Counted from the stretch's first letter, positions 1 to 10,351 are shown. The stretch is DNA of 64,000 nucleotides from Gammaproteobacteria bacterium (GCA_965209035.1 OZ242372.1:2114279-2178278); one strand, 5' to 3'. The notes: generated by a model from the sequence alone, not told the origin. Program-made: numbers and translations.

Positions 1-388
1 GACCGCTCACGAAGGCGATGATTTCGTCGATGTGTTCGGTCGCCCGCGGCTCGCTATCCGGTGACAACAGGCGCAAACGGGCATAGTCCGCGTGCATCTT
101 TTTGATATATTTTTCGCTGATTTGCCGGGCGGATGCTTTTTCTGCCAACGCCCGTCGGATAATCTTGTCGTCTATGTCCGTGATGTTGCGGACATAAAAC
201 ACCTTGTAGTGTTTGAAGCGCAGATAGCGGACAATCAGATCAAAGTTGACGGCCGTGCGGGCATGTCCGAGATGACAGACATCATAACTGGTGACACCGC
301 AAACATACATGCGCACTTTGGGCGGATCCTGCGGGATAAACTCTTCCAAGGCACCGCTTTGGGTATTGTAAATACGGAGAACACTCAT
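1..388 (-). CDS. cysS: cysteine--tRNA ligase, 5' part (runs off window start)
   Basis: Manual translation of the minus strand from ATG at 388: MSVLRIYNTQSGALEEFIPQDPPKVRMYVCGVTSYDVCHLGHARTAVNFD...VRNITDIDDKII (HIGH-like HLGH and NITDIDDKII motifs). Not in the ORF track because it is truncated. Overlaps the folD stop by 1 bp. Confidence 0.95.
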   Translation of the reverse strand, partial: MSVLRIYNTQSGALEEFIPQDPPKVRMYVCGVTSYDVCHLGHARTAVNFDLIVRYLRFKHYKVFYVRNITDIDDKIIRRALAEKASARQISEKYIKKMHADYARLRLLSPDSEPRATEHIDEIIAFVSG

Positions 389-1263
389 TATTTATTTTGC
401 TTATTGTGTTGCAGTTTGAATGCCCGAATACAGTTTTGCATGAGACTGGCGACGGTCATAGGGCCCACGCCGCCGGGCACCGGTGTGATTGCTCCGGCAA
501 TCTCGCGAACGGCCGGGTAATCCGCATCGCCGCAAATTGCGGCCGGATTGCGAGGGTCTCTATTAATGCCGACATCTATGATAGTGGCACCGGGTTTGAT
601 CCATGCGGCGGTGACCAGCCCGGGCACGCCGACCGCACTGATCAGAATGTCGGCACGAGATGCCAGGGCGGCGGGTTCCTTGCTGTGCGAATGCAACAAG
701 GTCACCGAGCAGTTTTCGGCCAAGAGAATGTGTGCCATGGGTTTGCCAACCAAGAGCGAGCGACCGATGATCACCGCATGCAAGCCGCTTAAATTGGAAT
801 GAACTTGCTTCAAGAGGAACAAACACCCTTTGGGGGTGCAGGGGATGAAGTTTTTTGGTGTGCCCGAATAAAGTGCGCAAATATTTTTTGGATGAAACCC
901 GTCCACATCTTTATCCGCATTGACAGAGGAGAACACGGTTTCTTTACAAATATGCGGCGGCATCGGCAGCTGCACAAGAATTCCGTTTGTCCGCGGATCT
1001 TTGTTTAACTTGGCAATATTTTCCATCAACTCGGCTTGGGTAATGTTGGCGGGGAATTCTCGCAGTTCGGAACGCATGCCAATCTTTTGGCAAGTTCGTA
1101 TTTTATTGCGCACATAAATGCGGCTTGCGGCATCATCGCCGATCAGAACCGCGGCCAGGCCGGGAACCATGCCGTCTGTTTTTTTGAGTTGCGCGACAGT
1201 ATTCCGGCATTCTTCCAGAATGGTTGCCGCTATCTGTTTGCCGTTAATGACCCGGGCTGTCAT
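388..1263 (-). CDS. folD: bifunctional methylenetetrahydrofolate dehydrogenase/cyclohydrolase
   Basis: Motifs YVRNK, GILVQLP, KDVDGFHP, PCTPKG, GRSLLVGKP, TPVPGGVGPMTVA. Confidence 0.97.
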   Translation of the reverse strand: MTARVINGKQIAATILEECRNTVAQLKKTDGMVPGLAAVLIGDDAASRIYVRNKIRTCQKIGMRSELREFPANITQAELMENIAKLNKDPRTNGILVQLPMPPHICKETVFSSVNADKDVDGFHPKNICALYSGTPKNFIPCTPKGCLFLLKQVHSNLSGLHAVIIGRSLLVGKPMAHILLAENCSVTLLHSHSKEPAALASRADILISAVGVPGLVTAAWIKPGATIIDVGINRDPRNPAAICGDADYPAVREIAGAITPVPGGVGPMTVASLMQNCIRAFKLQHNKQNK

Positions 1264-1343
1264 TGATTAAGCATACTTACCGGCCTTACCGACCTTGCCG
1301 GCGGCAATGGGAAATCAAAGAGAATCAACAAAAGCATTCTTCT

Positions 1344-2075
1344 TTATGCGTTAGTCAACCAAACCAGGTTGAAAATTTTTTGCCACGGTTTACCATAGCC
1401 GCTGTCGCGGCGATAAGAAGGAAACAGGTTTGCCTGTTCGTAGGTGCACCAATCCGGAATCTTGCCGACAAGGATATTCTGTGCGACCAATCTTGCCGAA
1501 GCGATGGCGTAAAGGTTCGCATACCAGCGTGCCGGAACAGACGATGCTTTTAGATGATGGCGATCTTCTTTTTTCATTTTGCGGTACACATCCTCGCCGA
1601 CCTCAAAGTGCTTTTGAGAAATAGCGGCTCCAAAAGCCGCATGAATCCGATTGGGACTGTCCTCAGGCTGTCCAAACACTCTCTGTGCCAAGTTATCCAA
1701 AATCCCGGCAACCAGGCCGCGCCAGCCCGCATGAATGACCGCCACCTTTTTGGCTGCGGCATCGCAGAGAAACACGGGCAAACAATCGGCTGTCCGTACC
1801 GCACAGGCAACAAACGGCACCTTGGTATGGCAGCCGTCTGCATGTGGGACATGTGGGGCATGTGGGGTCGCACAGTGGGGTGCCGCGATAATGCGTGTGC
1901 CGTGTTCTTGTTGCAAACACTGAACATATTTGACGCCGAATAAACAAGGCGAAGGCGGGCAAAACCTTTGAGGCAAAATACACGCGCGCAGTCTTTGTCG
2001 CATCTGCGGACTGGGTGCGTGCCAATCGGGGTGCAGAACACCTCCGGCCGGAGTTAGCATGGAAAACCGGGACAA
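1344..2075 (-). CDS. pgeF: peptidoglycan editing factor PgeF / YfiH laccase-domain protein
   Basis: TADCLPV, HAGWRG and CT..F.SYRR motifs; directly downstream of rluD as usual. Confidence 0.85.
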   Translation of the reverse strand: MSRFSMLTPAGGVLHPDWHAPSPQMRQRLRACILPQRFCPPSPCLFGVKYVQCLQQEHGTRIIAAPHCATPHAPHVPHADGCHTKVPFVACAVRTADCLPVFLCDAAAKKVAVIHAGWRGLVAGILDNLAQRVFGQPEDSPNRIHAAFGAAISQKHFEVGEDVYRKMKKEDRHHLKASSVPARWYANLYAIASARLVAQNILVGKIPDWCTYEQANLFPSYRRDSGYGKPWQKIFNLVWLTNA

Positions 2076-2079
2076 ATGC

Positions 2080-3171
2080 TTATGAAGAAACTTGATGCTG
2101 TCTCAGAAACGCCAAAAGATTGCTCATATCCTTTGGCAGTTCGACGGTTACCCGGATCGTTTTTTTTGTTTGAGGATGCGGGAAACTCAAAGAACAGGCA
2201 TGCAGCATTTGGCGGTCAATCTTGTTGAGTGTGTTTTGTAATAACCGGTTATCCGCGCCGCCAAAACAAGGACGGCGTCCGTAAAGCGGGTCGCCGCAAA
2301 TTCTAAATCCTATGGCGGAAAGATGACAGCGAATTTGATGTGTTCGGCCGGTTTCCAAGGAGACATGCAGCAGAGTATGGCGGGCAAAACGCTCTTTGAC
2401 CCGATAATGTGTGATTGCGGTTCGGGCACTCGCGGGCGCGTTTTCGACGGGATAGGCGTGCATCTTTTTTCTGTGATGTTTGTCCCGCCCGATCGGCATG
2501 TTAACAGAGCCGCCGCTGATGACCCGGCCTTCCGCCAAGGCAAGATATTCCCGGGCAATCAGATGTTTTGTCAGGTTCCTTTGCAGTTTTAGATGTGTCC
2601 GATGATCTTTGGCAACCATCAGCAGCCCGCCTGTCCCCTTGTCCAATCGGTGAACTAAGCCGGCTCTGGGCAAGAATTTCTGTTCCTCGCGATAAGCGAG
2701 CAGCCCATTGAGCAGTGTCCGGTTGGGGTTGCCGGCACCCGGATGGGTTACCAGTTCGGGCGGTTTGTTGACAATCAAAAGAATATCGTCTTCATACCGA
2801 ACATCCAACTGCATACTTTCCGGCAGATCTTCGGGTGTCTTTTCGGGGAGTGATGCCCTGATTTGAATTTCCTCTCCCTTTTTTACTTTTGTGGCGGGCT
2901 TCGGCAACCCGGTTCTGTCTTTTAAGTTAACTTGCCCTTGGCAGATCCAATCGCCGATACGGCCGCGCGACAGATCCGGAAACAGGCGGTGGAGAAATAC
3001 ATCCAAACGCATCTCGTTGCTCTGATAAACGCTCAGGCTCACTTCAAAAACAGGTGCCAGTTGTTGGGTTTTCTTGTTTGAAACCTGTGCCGGCGGGATA
3101 CGGTAATCCGGGGGAAAGGTCGCCGTGGGCTCTCTTGCTATGCTTTCGGCTTTTATTGTTGATGCGTTCAT
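2080..3171 (-). CDS. rluD: 23S rRNA pseudouridine synthase RluD (RluA family)
   Basis: S4-like RLDVFL..LSRGRI, VNKP, GLVHRLDKGT, LETGRTHQIR, GDPLYG, QMLHA; start may lie further downstream. Confidence 0.92.
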   Translation of the reverse strand: MNASTIKAESIAREPTATFPPDYRIPPAQVSNKKTQQLAPVFEVSLSVYQSNEMRLDVFLHRLFPDLSRGRIGDWICQGQVNLKDRTGLPKPATKVKKGEEIQIRASLPEKTPEDLPESMQLDVRYEDDILLIVNKPPELVTHPGAGNPNRTLLNGLLAYREEQKFLPRAGLVHRLDKGTGGLLMVAKDHRTHLKLQRNLTKHLIAREYLALAEGRVISGGSVNMPIGRDKHHRKKMHAYPVENAPASARTAITHYRVKERFARHTLLHVSLETGRTHQIRCHLSAIGFRICGDPLYGRRPCFGGADNRLLQNTLNKIDRQMLHACSLSFPHPQTKKTIRVTVELPKDMSNLLAFLRQHQVSS

Positions 3172-4313
3172 TCGCGGCGATGTTTATTAATGTCATCATG
3201 CCAGGCGTCCTCTTCGGCATGCATATATCTTTGTGTGGTGGTGATACTGGCATGGCGGGCGGTTGCTTTGAGGTGGCGGATGTCCACGCCCTTATCCGCT
3301 TGATGTGTGATGGAAGTGTGCCGCATCCAATGGGTGGAGGCGTTGCGTAATTTTTCCGCCTTGCTTGGCGAAAGGCTTTGTACCGCATCCGCCGCATCCG
3401 CCATGGTCTTTTTGACGATCAGGTAAATGGATTTTGAAGTGATGCCGCGCATTCCTTTAAGATCCGCTATTAAAGGTGTTTCGTCTTTGGGACCGGGCAG
3501 AGAAGAGAGACCCAGAAAACCCCTATAGCGTTTTAGTGCCGTCAGCATGTCTTCCGGGACGGGAATTCTTGCCGTCTTATTGCCTTTGCCGGTGACCTGC
3601 CACCACCATTTGCCGCGTTCCTCTTGAAAACTGTTCATCTTATGCATTGCAACTTCATTCAAGCGAGGGGCAAGCAAGTAGAGAATACTGAACAAAAAAA
3701 GCCTGCGCTCATACTCGGCAATTTCTTGTTCTGTTTTGTGCGGCAGATTGTTGATGAATTCCCACAAGAACTTCCAAAGATCCTGCTCCAAATACCGTTG
3801 GATTTTACCGGTCTTATTAATCTGCTGGCGCAGATCGCGCTTGAATAACAATTGCAACGGGTTGTATTGCAAGTAGCCCATTTGTGTCATGAAACCAAAG
3901 GCGGTACTTAAGATGGTCAGCGACTGATTTTGACTGGCCGGACTCAGGGGCCCCACAAAAGGCTTCCATGAAGCCTTGTCTCGCGGGACCGCAGGTCCGC
4001 ACCATTCGCCCGCAGGTTGCGGGTCTTTGATGAACAATTTGTATTCTTCCATATCTTCCAAAGTCAAGTCGGACAAAGCCATGCCGCGATTGACAGACCA
4101 TAAGTAAAGACGCTCTATTTCTTTGCGATAATTTTGTTGTGTGTGCGGCGAAGCGGAGAATCTTTCCAGCCAGACATTCACGGCATCGTAATCCTTGGCG
4201 GCGGTTGTCCGTCCCGGCTGTGGTTGGCGGTTTTTGCCGACGGAGCCGTCCGTTTCTTCGTCCAAGTAACGGGGCAGGGCGTCCAAAGGTACAATTAAGA
4301 AATCTCCGCTCAT
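3168..4313 (-). CDS. tyrosine recombinase / phage integrase family protein
   Basis: Catalytic R (APRLNE), K (GKGNK), HxxR (STHWMRHT) and H/Y (RHASITTTQRY); SAM-like N-terminus (SPHTQQNYRKEIERL); ATGA overlap with the rluD ORF. Confidence 0.9.
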   Translation of the reverse strand: MSGDFLIVPLDALPRYLDEETDGSVGKNRQPQPGRTTAAKDYDAVNVWLERFSASPHTQQNYRKEIERLYLWSVNRGMALSDLTLEDMEEYKLFIKDPQPAGEWCGPAVPRDKASWKPFVGPLSPASQNQSLTILSTAFGFMTQMGYLQYNPLQLLFKRDLRQQINKTGKIQRYLEQDLWKFLWEFINNLPHKTEQEIAEYERRLFLFSILYLLAPRLNEVAMHKMNSFQEERGKWWWQVTGKGNKTARIPVPEDMLTALKRYRGFLGLSSLPGPKDETPLIADLKGMRGITSKSIYLIVKKTMADAADAVQSLSPSKAEKLRNASTHWMRHTSITHQADKGVDIRHLKATARHASITTTQRYMHAEEDAWHDDINKHRRE

Positions 4314-4429
4314 AAAAAAACCGGACTCATTTTGGCAAAAAATTGCGATACCTTGCGGACGATTGCATCAAGGATCATTATAAAGATACGCGCCGACATA
4401 CGAAAGCAAAATGTGTTCCGGGATCCGTG

Positions 4430-5317
4430 TTATTGAATAGAGACGCGTTTGGCAAAATACAGAAAGGTTAAAGTAACACACATACCCAATATTTGCAGTG
4501 TGCCGAGGCTTTCGGCAAACAGCCACCAGCCCATCACGGCGGCAATAATAGGCTGGATCAAAAGCGTCAGGGAAACCAGACTGGGTGGCAGATACCCCAA
4601 TGAGTAAGAAATTAATCCTTGACCGACACCCTGGCATAGGAGGCTCAAAGTAAGAAGAACCGTCAGAGCGAACAGAGTCGGTATTCGCAGGTCTTCGCCC
4701 ATCAAAAAGACAGAGGGAATTAAGAATAAGGATGTGAATATTCCGGTCCACATCATCACTTCGGCCGCGGTGAATTTGAGCCGCAGGCGATTGATGAGTA
4801 GTTGATAGCAAGCATAGCAGAATGCGGCTACAAGGGCAAGAAGATTGCCAAACAAATGCGCCGAGGCATTTTCTTGGGTGCCGAAAAGCAGAGCAACTCC
4901 GGTAAAACCGCCAATCGCACAAACGATAAAGAGTTTCCGCACTTTTAAGCCGAACAGCAGCCAGCCGAGCGGTATGATAAAAATTGCCGCCAGATTGGCG
5001 AACAGAGTGGAGTAAGCGACGGATGTGTAAAAAAGGGAAATATTCCAGGTGGTCAGGTTGACGGCAAAAACCGCTCCCAAAGCGACGAACAGCAGATAAT
5101 CGCGAGAATCCTTTGGTGCGGTGATTGCGGATTGACGCGGTGATCTTTCCGCCATCATCAATAAAAGAAAAAAGGGGATGACAAAAAAGACCCGGTAAAA
5201 ACCGGTTGCTACCGGACCTGTCTCGCTAAATCGGACCAGAACGGGTGAAAAGCCGGTTAGAACGGCACCGATGACGGCGGCAATGTAACCAAAGCGGATA
5301 CCAAAGGATGACGGCAT
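4430..5317 (-). CDS. DMT/EamA family transporter
   Basis: About 10 hydrophobic helices in two repeats; GNLLALVAA and LIQPIIAAVMGWWLFAE patterns. Confidence 0.88.
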   Translation of the reverse strand: MPSSFGIRFGYIAAVIGAVLTGFSPVLVRFSETGPVATGFYRVFFVIPFFLLLMMAERSPRQSAITAPKDSRDYLLFVALGAVFAVNLTTWNISLFYTSVAYSTLFANLAAIFIIPLGWLLFGLKVRKLFIVCAIGGFTGVALLFGTQENASAHLFGNLLALVAAFCYACYQLLINRLRLKFTAAEVMMWTGIFTSLFLIPSVFLMGEDLRIPTLFALTVLLTLSLLCQGVGQGLISYSLGYLPPSLVSLTLLIQPIIAAVMGWWLFAESLGTLQILGMCVTLTFLYFAKRVSIQ

Positions 5318-5405
5318 AAATTGGATAAAAGAGTTCTCTTATTTTATACTCAGTAGAACCCGGTTTACGTTTTTGATATGACAATAAAAGAGGGCCGTTA
5401 AGAGT

Positions 5406-6974
5406 ATGATTAATGATGAACATAAAATAGGAAAAACAATAACTATGATCGAGAATCACCCACAGGTATCAGCGAGCACCAAAAAAAGAGAACAGGTTGG
5501 TGCCGGCAAGCGGCGCAAGTTTCGTCTGTTGCGGTATTTCTCTCTTTTTCTTGTATGCATTATTCTGTTACCCTTGTTACTGATTGGAGGGACCCTGGCA
5601 TATTTTTTACAACAACAACCGAACGAACTGACCCAAAAACCGCCGCACAATGTTACGCAACAGGTGGCGGTGCGTGTACGTAAATCTTACTTGACTGTGC
5701 CGGTTCGGATTCGGACCGATCCTTTGGCGGATAAGTTGCGTCAGGAACTGCCGGACGAATTGGAGATAAAGGAAAGAATTACTGTCAAGCATTTGGGGAA
5801 TCTGTATATAGATTGTGATCTATACAACAGGGGTTTTGATCTGACCGCCGACAATGATTTTTTGATGACGGAATTGTCCGTCCGGTTTAACTGTAAACTT
5901 GTCCCGGCGCGACTGCGTCAGTTATCTACCCGAGTTAAGGGGCAGTTGCGTTTATTCGTGCAAGGGCGAGCCATTCTTAACGAGGATTGGAAAGTGGAAA
6001 CCATCGTAAAGACTAGTTTTAAGTGGGATAAAAAACCGACGGTTAATATTCTGAATCGTCCTGTGCGGATTGCCGATAAAATCACCAAGCCCTTGACAAA
6101 AGAATTATTGCAAATTGCGAAGACTTCCATGGAAGAGTTCTTGGAAGAGCAATTTAATTTGCGCGACGAATTGGCGGCATTTTGGGATGAGATTCAAAAA
6201 CCCGTTCGGGTTGTGCCGGATCCTGCGGTTTGGTTATGGGCGGCGCCGAGAAAGATTTACTTTCCGCCCTGGCGCACCGATAATAATACTTTTTTTATGC
6301 AGCCCGCACTGGAGACAGAGATTGTTGTTCGTTTGGGCGGCAGGCCGATATTGCGACATCGGCAGCTACCCAATTTAAATACGGACCCGGCACCGTCCGA
6401 TTTTTTTCATTTCAGTGTGCCGCTTATTTTGGATTATGAGGAGTTGGAGAAAACGGCGATGCGCTATTTGCGGGATGACAAAATTGTTCTTCCCGAAAAC
6501 CCGCTTTATAGCCATATTACAGTCAATAATGTATCCGTGTATCCGTCAGCCGACAGACTGGTACTCGGAGTTAATATTAACCTCAAAGGGACCCTGCCAT
6601 TTTTGGATACCCGGGGAGATGTTTATGCATTCGCCAACATCACATATGACCCGGTTTCAACCAATTTGACGATTAGTCGGGTTGATTATGCGCGTTCGTT
6701 GGATCACCCCATGTGGTCTTATGTTACCTGGTTAATTCACAAACCCTTGCAAGATTCTTTAACGGCCGGGACACGTATGCAATTGCGTTCCCAATTGGAT
6801 GAGGCGATTGCCTCGGTCAATGCGGTGCTAAACAAAGAGTTGGATGAAAATCTTTACATCCGCGGCCGCCTGACGGATATTAACTTTAGTGATGTTTATC
6901 TGCGACAAACGGGCATGCTCATATCGGTTTATGTTTCCGGTCATGCCGCTTTGGATTACGGCGGCAATTTTTAA
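5406..6974 (+). CDS. membrane-anchored protein, DUF4403-like
   Basis: 522-aa ORF with a basic N-terminus, one TM helix and a two-repeat beta-rich body; family assignment is by recollection only; start may be ATG 5445. Confidence 0.6.
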   Translation: MINDEHKIGKTITMIENHPQVSASTKKREQVGAGKRRKFRLLRYFSLFLVCIILLPLLLIGGTLAYFLQQQPNELTQKPPHNVTQQVAVRVRKSYLTVPVRIRTDPLADKLRQELPDELEIKERITVKHLGNLYIDCDLYNRGFDLTADNDFLMTELSVRFNCKLVPARLRQLSTRVKGQLRLFVQGRAILNEDWKVETIVKTSFKWDKKPTVNILNRPVRIADKITKPLTKELLQIAKTSMEEFLEEQFNLRDELAAFWDEIQKPVRVVPDPAVWLWAAPRKIYFPPWRTDNNTFFMQPALETEIVVRLGGRPILRHRQLPNLNTDPAPSDFFHFSVPLILDYEELEKTAMRYLRDDKIVLPENPLYSHITVNNVSVYPSADRLVLGVNINLKGTLPFLDTRGDVYAFANITYDPVSTNLTISRVDYARSLDHPMWSYVTWLIHKPLQDSLTAGTRMQLRSQLDEAIASVNAVLNKELDENLYIRGRLTDINFSDVYLRQTGMLISVYVSGHAALDYGGNF

Positions 6975-6996
6975 GTTTTCACCTGTGCTGCTTGTC

Positions 6997-8352
6997 CTAC
7001 TTATCCCATGCGGGCGAGATAAACTTCGTTAAGTTTGGGTCATCCGGAATAGTGTACTCGCCAATTCCATCCGTCTCCGGCATAACGGATGTTTCCGGTG
7101 CCCCCGTAGCCGCACACCAGGAAACTTCCAAACTAGGGGAATTGAGTGTTTCTGAATTCGGCACCTCGGCAAACAGGGACGAGAAGTCGTGCCGGGGCAA
7201 GACCTTTTCCGCAACAAAACGGGCACGATCGCGTACCGTGGGTGCGGCGAAGCGATTCTTCTCGCCCCATTGCACCATAAAGTGCACCATAAAGTTTTCA
7301 CAAGTGGAATTGGTTTGCGGGACGAATTGGGTAAACGCAATATATCGGTCCAGTTCAAAAAACTCTTTCATCATCACTTCTTCAAACAACATCGCCATAT
7401 CTTCTTCCGCCTTGTATGATCCGTAAAAACTTGAGGCACCGTCATGCTCAAAGTTTGTCATTATTTCTTCGGCAGTCATGCGAGGAACGGAGATGTTACG
7501 GTGCGGCGGATAATAGTATTCCTGTGCCGCTTGGCGGAGCGGAAGACTGATGGGATATATTGCGGCCAGTTCTTTGGAAATACGCGCATAATCGGTATTA
7601 ATGACAAACGCATCGTAAAAAGTGCTTAAGGGGTCCGGCAGGTTTTCTGTTTCGGGCGGGACAAAATCATTGGCATGCGCCAACTCATGTGCCATCATGA
7701 TGGCGAAGGGGGGAAGCGTTTGCTCCAAAGTCCGATTATGCGGATACAACATATTGTGATAGAAAAACGGATCGCTGCCGTTGGCATCCAGATATCGCCA
7801 CTTTACCGTAAAGGGAGTACTCTCCGGATCCGAGATGCGCGGATCTTGCGGTATGTTTAGAGAATCCCGTTCTTCCAAAGTTTTCCAAAGAAATGAGGGT
7901 GGAATATAAATGGCTCCGTTCAACGAACGATAGTAGGGGTGCGGGATACTGTCTGTGACGGCAATGGCTGTCAGGGGGCCGAATAACGGTATATAAGCAT
8001 CCGGCAGAGCATTCACCAGTTCGCGCATCCGTTCCAACATCCATGGCTGGCTTGTGCGAACCCGTTGCATAATACGCTCGCGCGTCAGGTTGGAATAAGA
8101 ATGTCGCAAAATGGGAAGTTCTTCCAGCAAACAGATGTCTTCAAACAGGCAGTATGACAGTAAATCCGTTTCCGCATCGCCGGTTAAAAAGCCTGTTAAA
8201 AATCGCTGTTGGTTAAAAATAGAGAGTCCGCCGGTCTCTTGATTGGGAGCAAAAGTAAGAGACGCCTTTTTCTCCGCACCCGGTTTTTCTGTGCAAGAAG
8301 TCAAAAAAAGAGCACCGCACACCAGGGTGACTGTGAACAAAAGTTTATTCAT
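6997..8352 (-). CDS. putative lipoprotein with HExxH zinc-metallopeptidase motif
   Basis: Signal peptide with lipobox LFLTS-C; MAHELAHAND motif; downstream AEEDMAMLFEE. Confidence 0.65.
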   Translation of the reverse strand: MNKLLFTVTLVCGALFLTSCTEKPGAEKKASLTFAPNQETGGLSIFNQQRFLTGFLTGDAETDLLSYCLFEDICLLEELPILRHSYSNLTRERIMQRVRTSQPWMLERMRELVNALPDAYIPLFGPLTAIAVTDSIPHPYYRSLNGAIYIPPSFLWKTLEERDSLNIPQDPRISDPESTPFTVKWRYLDANGSDPFFYHNMLYPHNRTLEQTLPPFAIMMAHELAHANDFVPPETENLPDPLSTFYDAFVINTDYARISKELAAIYPISLPLRQAAQEYYYPPHRNISVPRMTAEEIMTNFEHDGASSFYGSYKAEEDMAMLFEEVMMKEFFELDRYIAFTQFVPQTNSTCENFMVHFMVQWGEKNRFAAPTVRDRARFVAEKVLPRHDFSSLFAEVPNSETLNSPSLEVSWCAATGAPETSVMPETDGIGEYTIPDDPNLTKFISPAWDK

Positions 8353-8503
8353 AGATTATGGCTCATACTTACAAACAACATTAAATATTTTAAGGGATAC
8401 TAATACTAAAGCATATTATAAGTATAATTTCACCCAGTTTCGGACTTTTGTATGATCCTGTATGATCCCACCCGGTTTGACATTTTTGATGTTTGCATAA
8501 ACA

Positions 8504-9982
8504 GTGCCGAACCTTGCTGAGATTATGCATCATAATAATATTGATTTGATTATTTTAGCAACGACATCCAATTCCTTCCTCATGCGAATCCGGTTTCTTA
8601 TAGAATGTACATTAATGTTATTGTATTCTGTCTCTTTTCTAAGAAACCTCTTTCGCTTAAAAATGAAAGGTGCTATTCAAATCGGTGCTCATACGGGCGG
8701 TGAGATACAACAATTAAATCATGCGGGAGTTAAAGATCTTTTATTGATTGAGCCATTGAATAAAACATTCAAAAAATTGCATGCCCACGCATTTTTACAC
8801 GAACAAAAGTTTAATAGTTTATTATTGGAAAAGGTGGCACTGGGTAATAAAACGGGCAAGGTGACTATGCATGTGGAAACTGCAAATCAAGGTATGAGTT
8901 CTTCTGTTCTGGAACCCCAAAAACACTTGGAGATGCATCCGCATATTGAATTTAATAAAAAAGAAGAAGTGGAAATGATGACATTGGACAATTTGATTGC
9001 CAAGAAAAAATTGCCCGCTGATCGCTATAACACATTGTTGATAGATGTCCAGGGTTATGAATTGAATGTCTTGAAAGGTGCGACAAAAACACTAAATGGC
9101 GTAGATTATATTGTCTCAGAAATTAATGGCACAGAAATGTATAAAGGGGGAGCACTCGTGGAAGAATTGGATGATTATCTTGCCTTATTTGGTTTTCGCC
9201 GAGTGGCAACTGTTTGGGTAAACAGAAGAAAAAAAACTTGGGGCGATGCTTTATATATTAAGAATCCTACTTTTTTGCAGCAATCTATATCCGGCAGTAT
9301 TTTTTGGATGCTATCAAGAGAGAAGTATTGGCGACTGGAAAAATTTAAGAAAAAATGTCGAAAATGGTATACTTTTTATCGGTCTGTTTCAAAAAAGAGC
9401 AGAAGAAAAAGAAAAAAAGAACAAAAAATTATTCAACAATGGGAGCAGCAATCCTGTCCTCTGCCACCGCCATCCATATACAAATATTCTGTTTTACGAG
9501 AATATGCCCGCAATGCCAAGATTAACATCTTAGTGGAAACCGGAACATATAAGGGAGGGGCTGTTACTCATCTGCTGCATGATTTTGCAAGCATTTACAC
9601 CATAGAATTGGATGATGACTTATATCGCCGCGCCCACATTTACTTTGCCGATATGAACAATGTCTTTTGTTTTCATGGCGACAGTAGTATAGAACTGGAA
9701 AAAATAACCGCCGGTATCCATCAAGAAGCGATATTTTGGTTAGACGGACATTATTCCGGTGGAATCACTGCGAAGGGTAAGAAAGAAACCCCCATATTAG
9801 AAGAACTAAAATTTATATTGTCAAGAAAGAAACGAGACATTATTCTTATTGATGATGTGCGACTTTTCGGACATGAGCAAGACTATCCGACATTGGAAAA
9901 ACTCCTAAAATTTGTGTTATCAGCAAGAAAAGCACATATAGAAAATAAACACGATATCTTAAGAATCATCTTAGATAATTAA
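8504..9982 (+). CDS. FkbM-family methyltransferase fused to a second SAM-methyltransferase-like domain
   Basis: Domain 1: IGAHTGGE, IEP, VALGN, IDVQGYELNVLKGA, WGDALY. Domain 2: VETGTYKGG, TIELD, HGDS, FWLDGHYSGG, ILIDDVRLF. True start probably at a downstream ATG. Confidence 0.8.
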   Translation: MPNLAEIMHHNNIDLIILATTSNSFLMRIRFLIECTLMLLYSVSFLRNLFRLKMKGAIQIGAHTGGEIQQLNHAGVKDLLLIEPLNKTFKKLHAHAFLHEQKFNSLLLEKVALGNKTGKVTMHVETANQGMSSSVLEPQKHLEMHPHIEFNKKEEVEMMTLDNLIAKKKLPADRYNTLLIDVQGYELNVLKGATKTLNGVDYIVSEINGTEMYKGGALVEELDDYLALFGFRRVATVWVNRRKKTWGDALYIKNPTFLQQSISGSIFWMLSREKYWRLEKFKKKCRKWYTFYRSVSKKSRRKRKKEQKIIQQWEQQSCPLPPPSIYKYSVLREYARNAKINILVETGTYKGGAVTHLLHDFASIYTIELDDDLYRRAHIYFADMNNVFCFHGDSSIELEKITAGIHQEAIFWLDGHYSGGITAKGKKETPILEELKFILSRKKRDIILIDDVRLFGHEQDYPTLEKLLKFVLSARKAHIENKHDILRIILDN

Positions 9983-10010
9983 AGTGTATATTTTCAGCAT
10001 AGTATAAAAA

Positions 10011-10256
10011 ATGAATATGAAAGCAAACAGATATCTTTGCTATGTTTTTCGTCCTCCTCGCTATAAAAAAAGTATCTCCGAACTTTTCAAAGGAAACCCA
10101 AGACATCTCATCGAGAATTTTCGTTTAAGAAAATTATATTTTCTCGGTTTTAGATATCCCGAGAGATACTCATCTTTTATTATTTTATTAATGAGGACTT
10201 TCTTAAAATTATTAATGAAGGTTTTCTCAAACGCTTCAAAACTCAATGAGCAATAA
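10011..10256 (+). pseudogene. internally deleted copy of the family-X gene at 11537
   Basis: First ~55 codons nearly identical to 11537 (MKANRYLCYV.RPPRYKKSI.ELFKGNPRHLIENFRLRKLYF). They are joined to a segment (~10200-10256) resembling that gene's 3' end; about 0.9 kb is missing. Confidence 0.88.
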
Positions 10257-10351
10257 AAAGGAGATGTCTTTTATTAATATGCTTTGGAGGGAACATGCTT
10301 GTAGGCAAATAAAATTTCCCCCCGGGGGCATTTTTTGATGACACGATTACT

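Noticed and set aside
10311-10336. C6G5 imperfect palindrome upstream of GT11 as a regulatory or phase-variable element
   Set aside because: Runs are short and no promoter context can be established from sequence alone.
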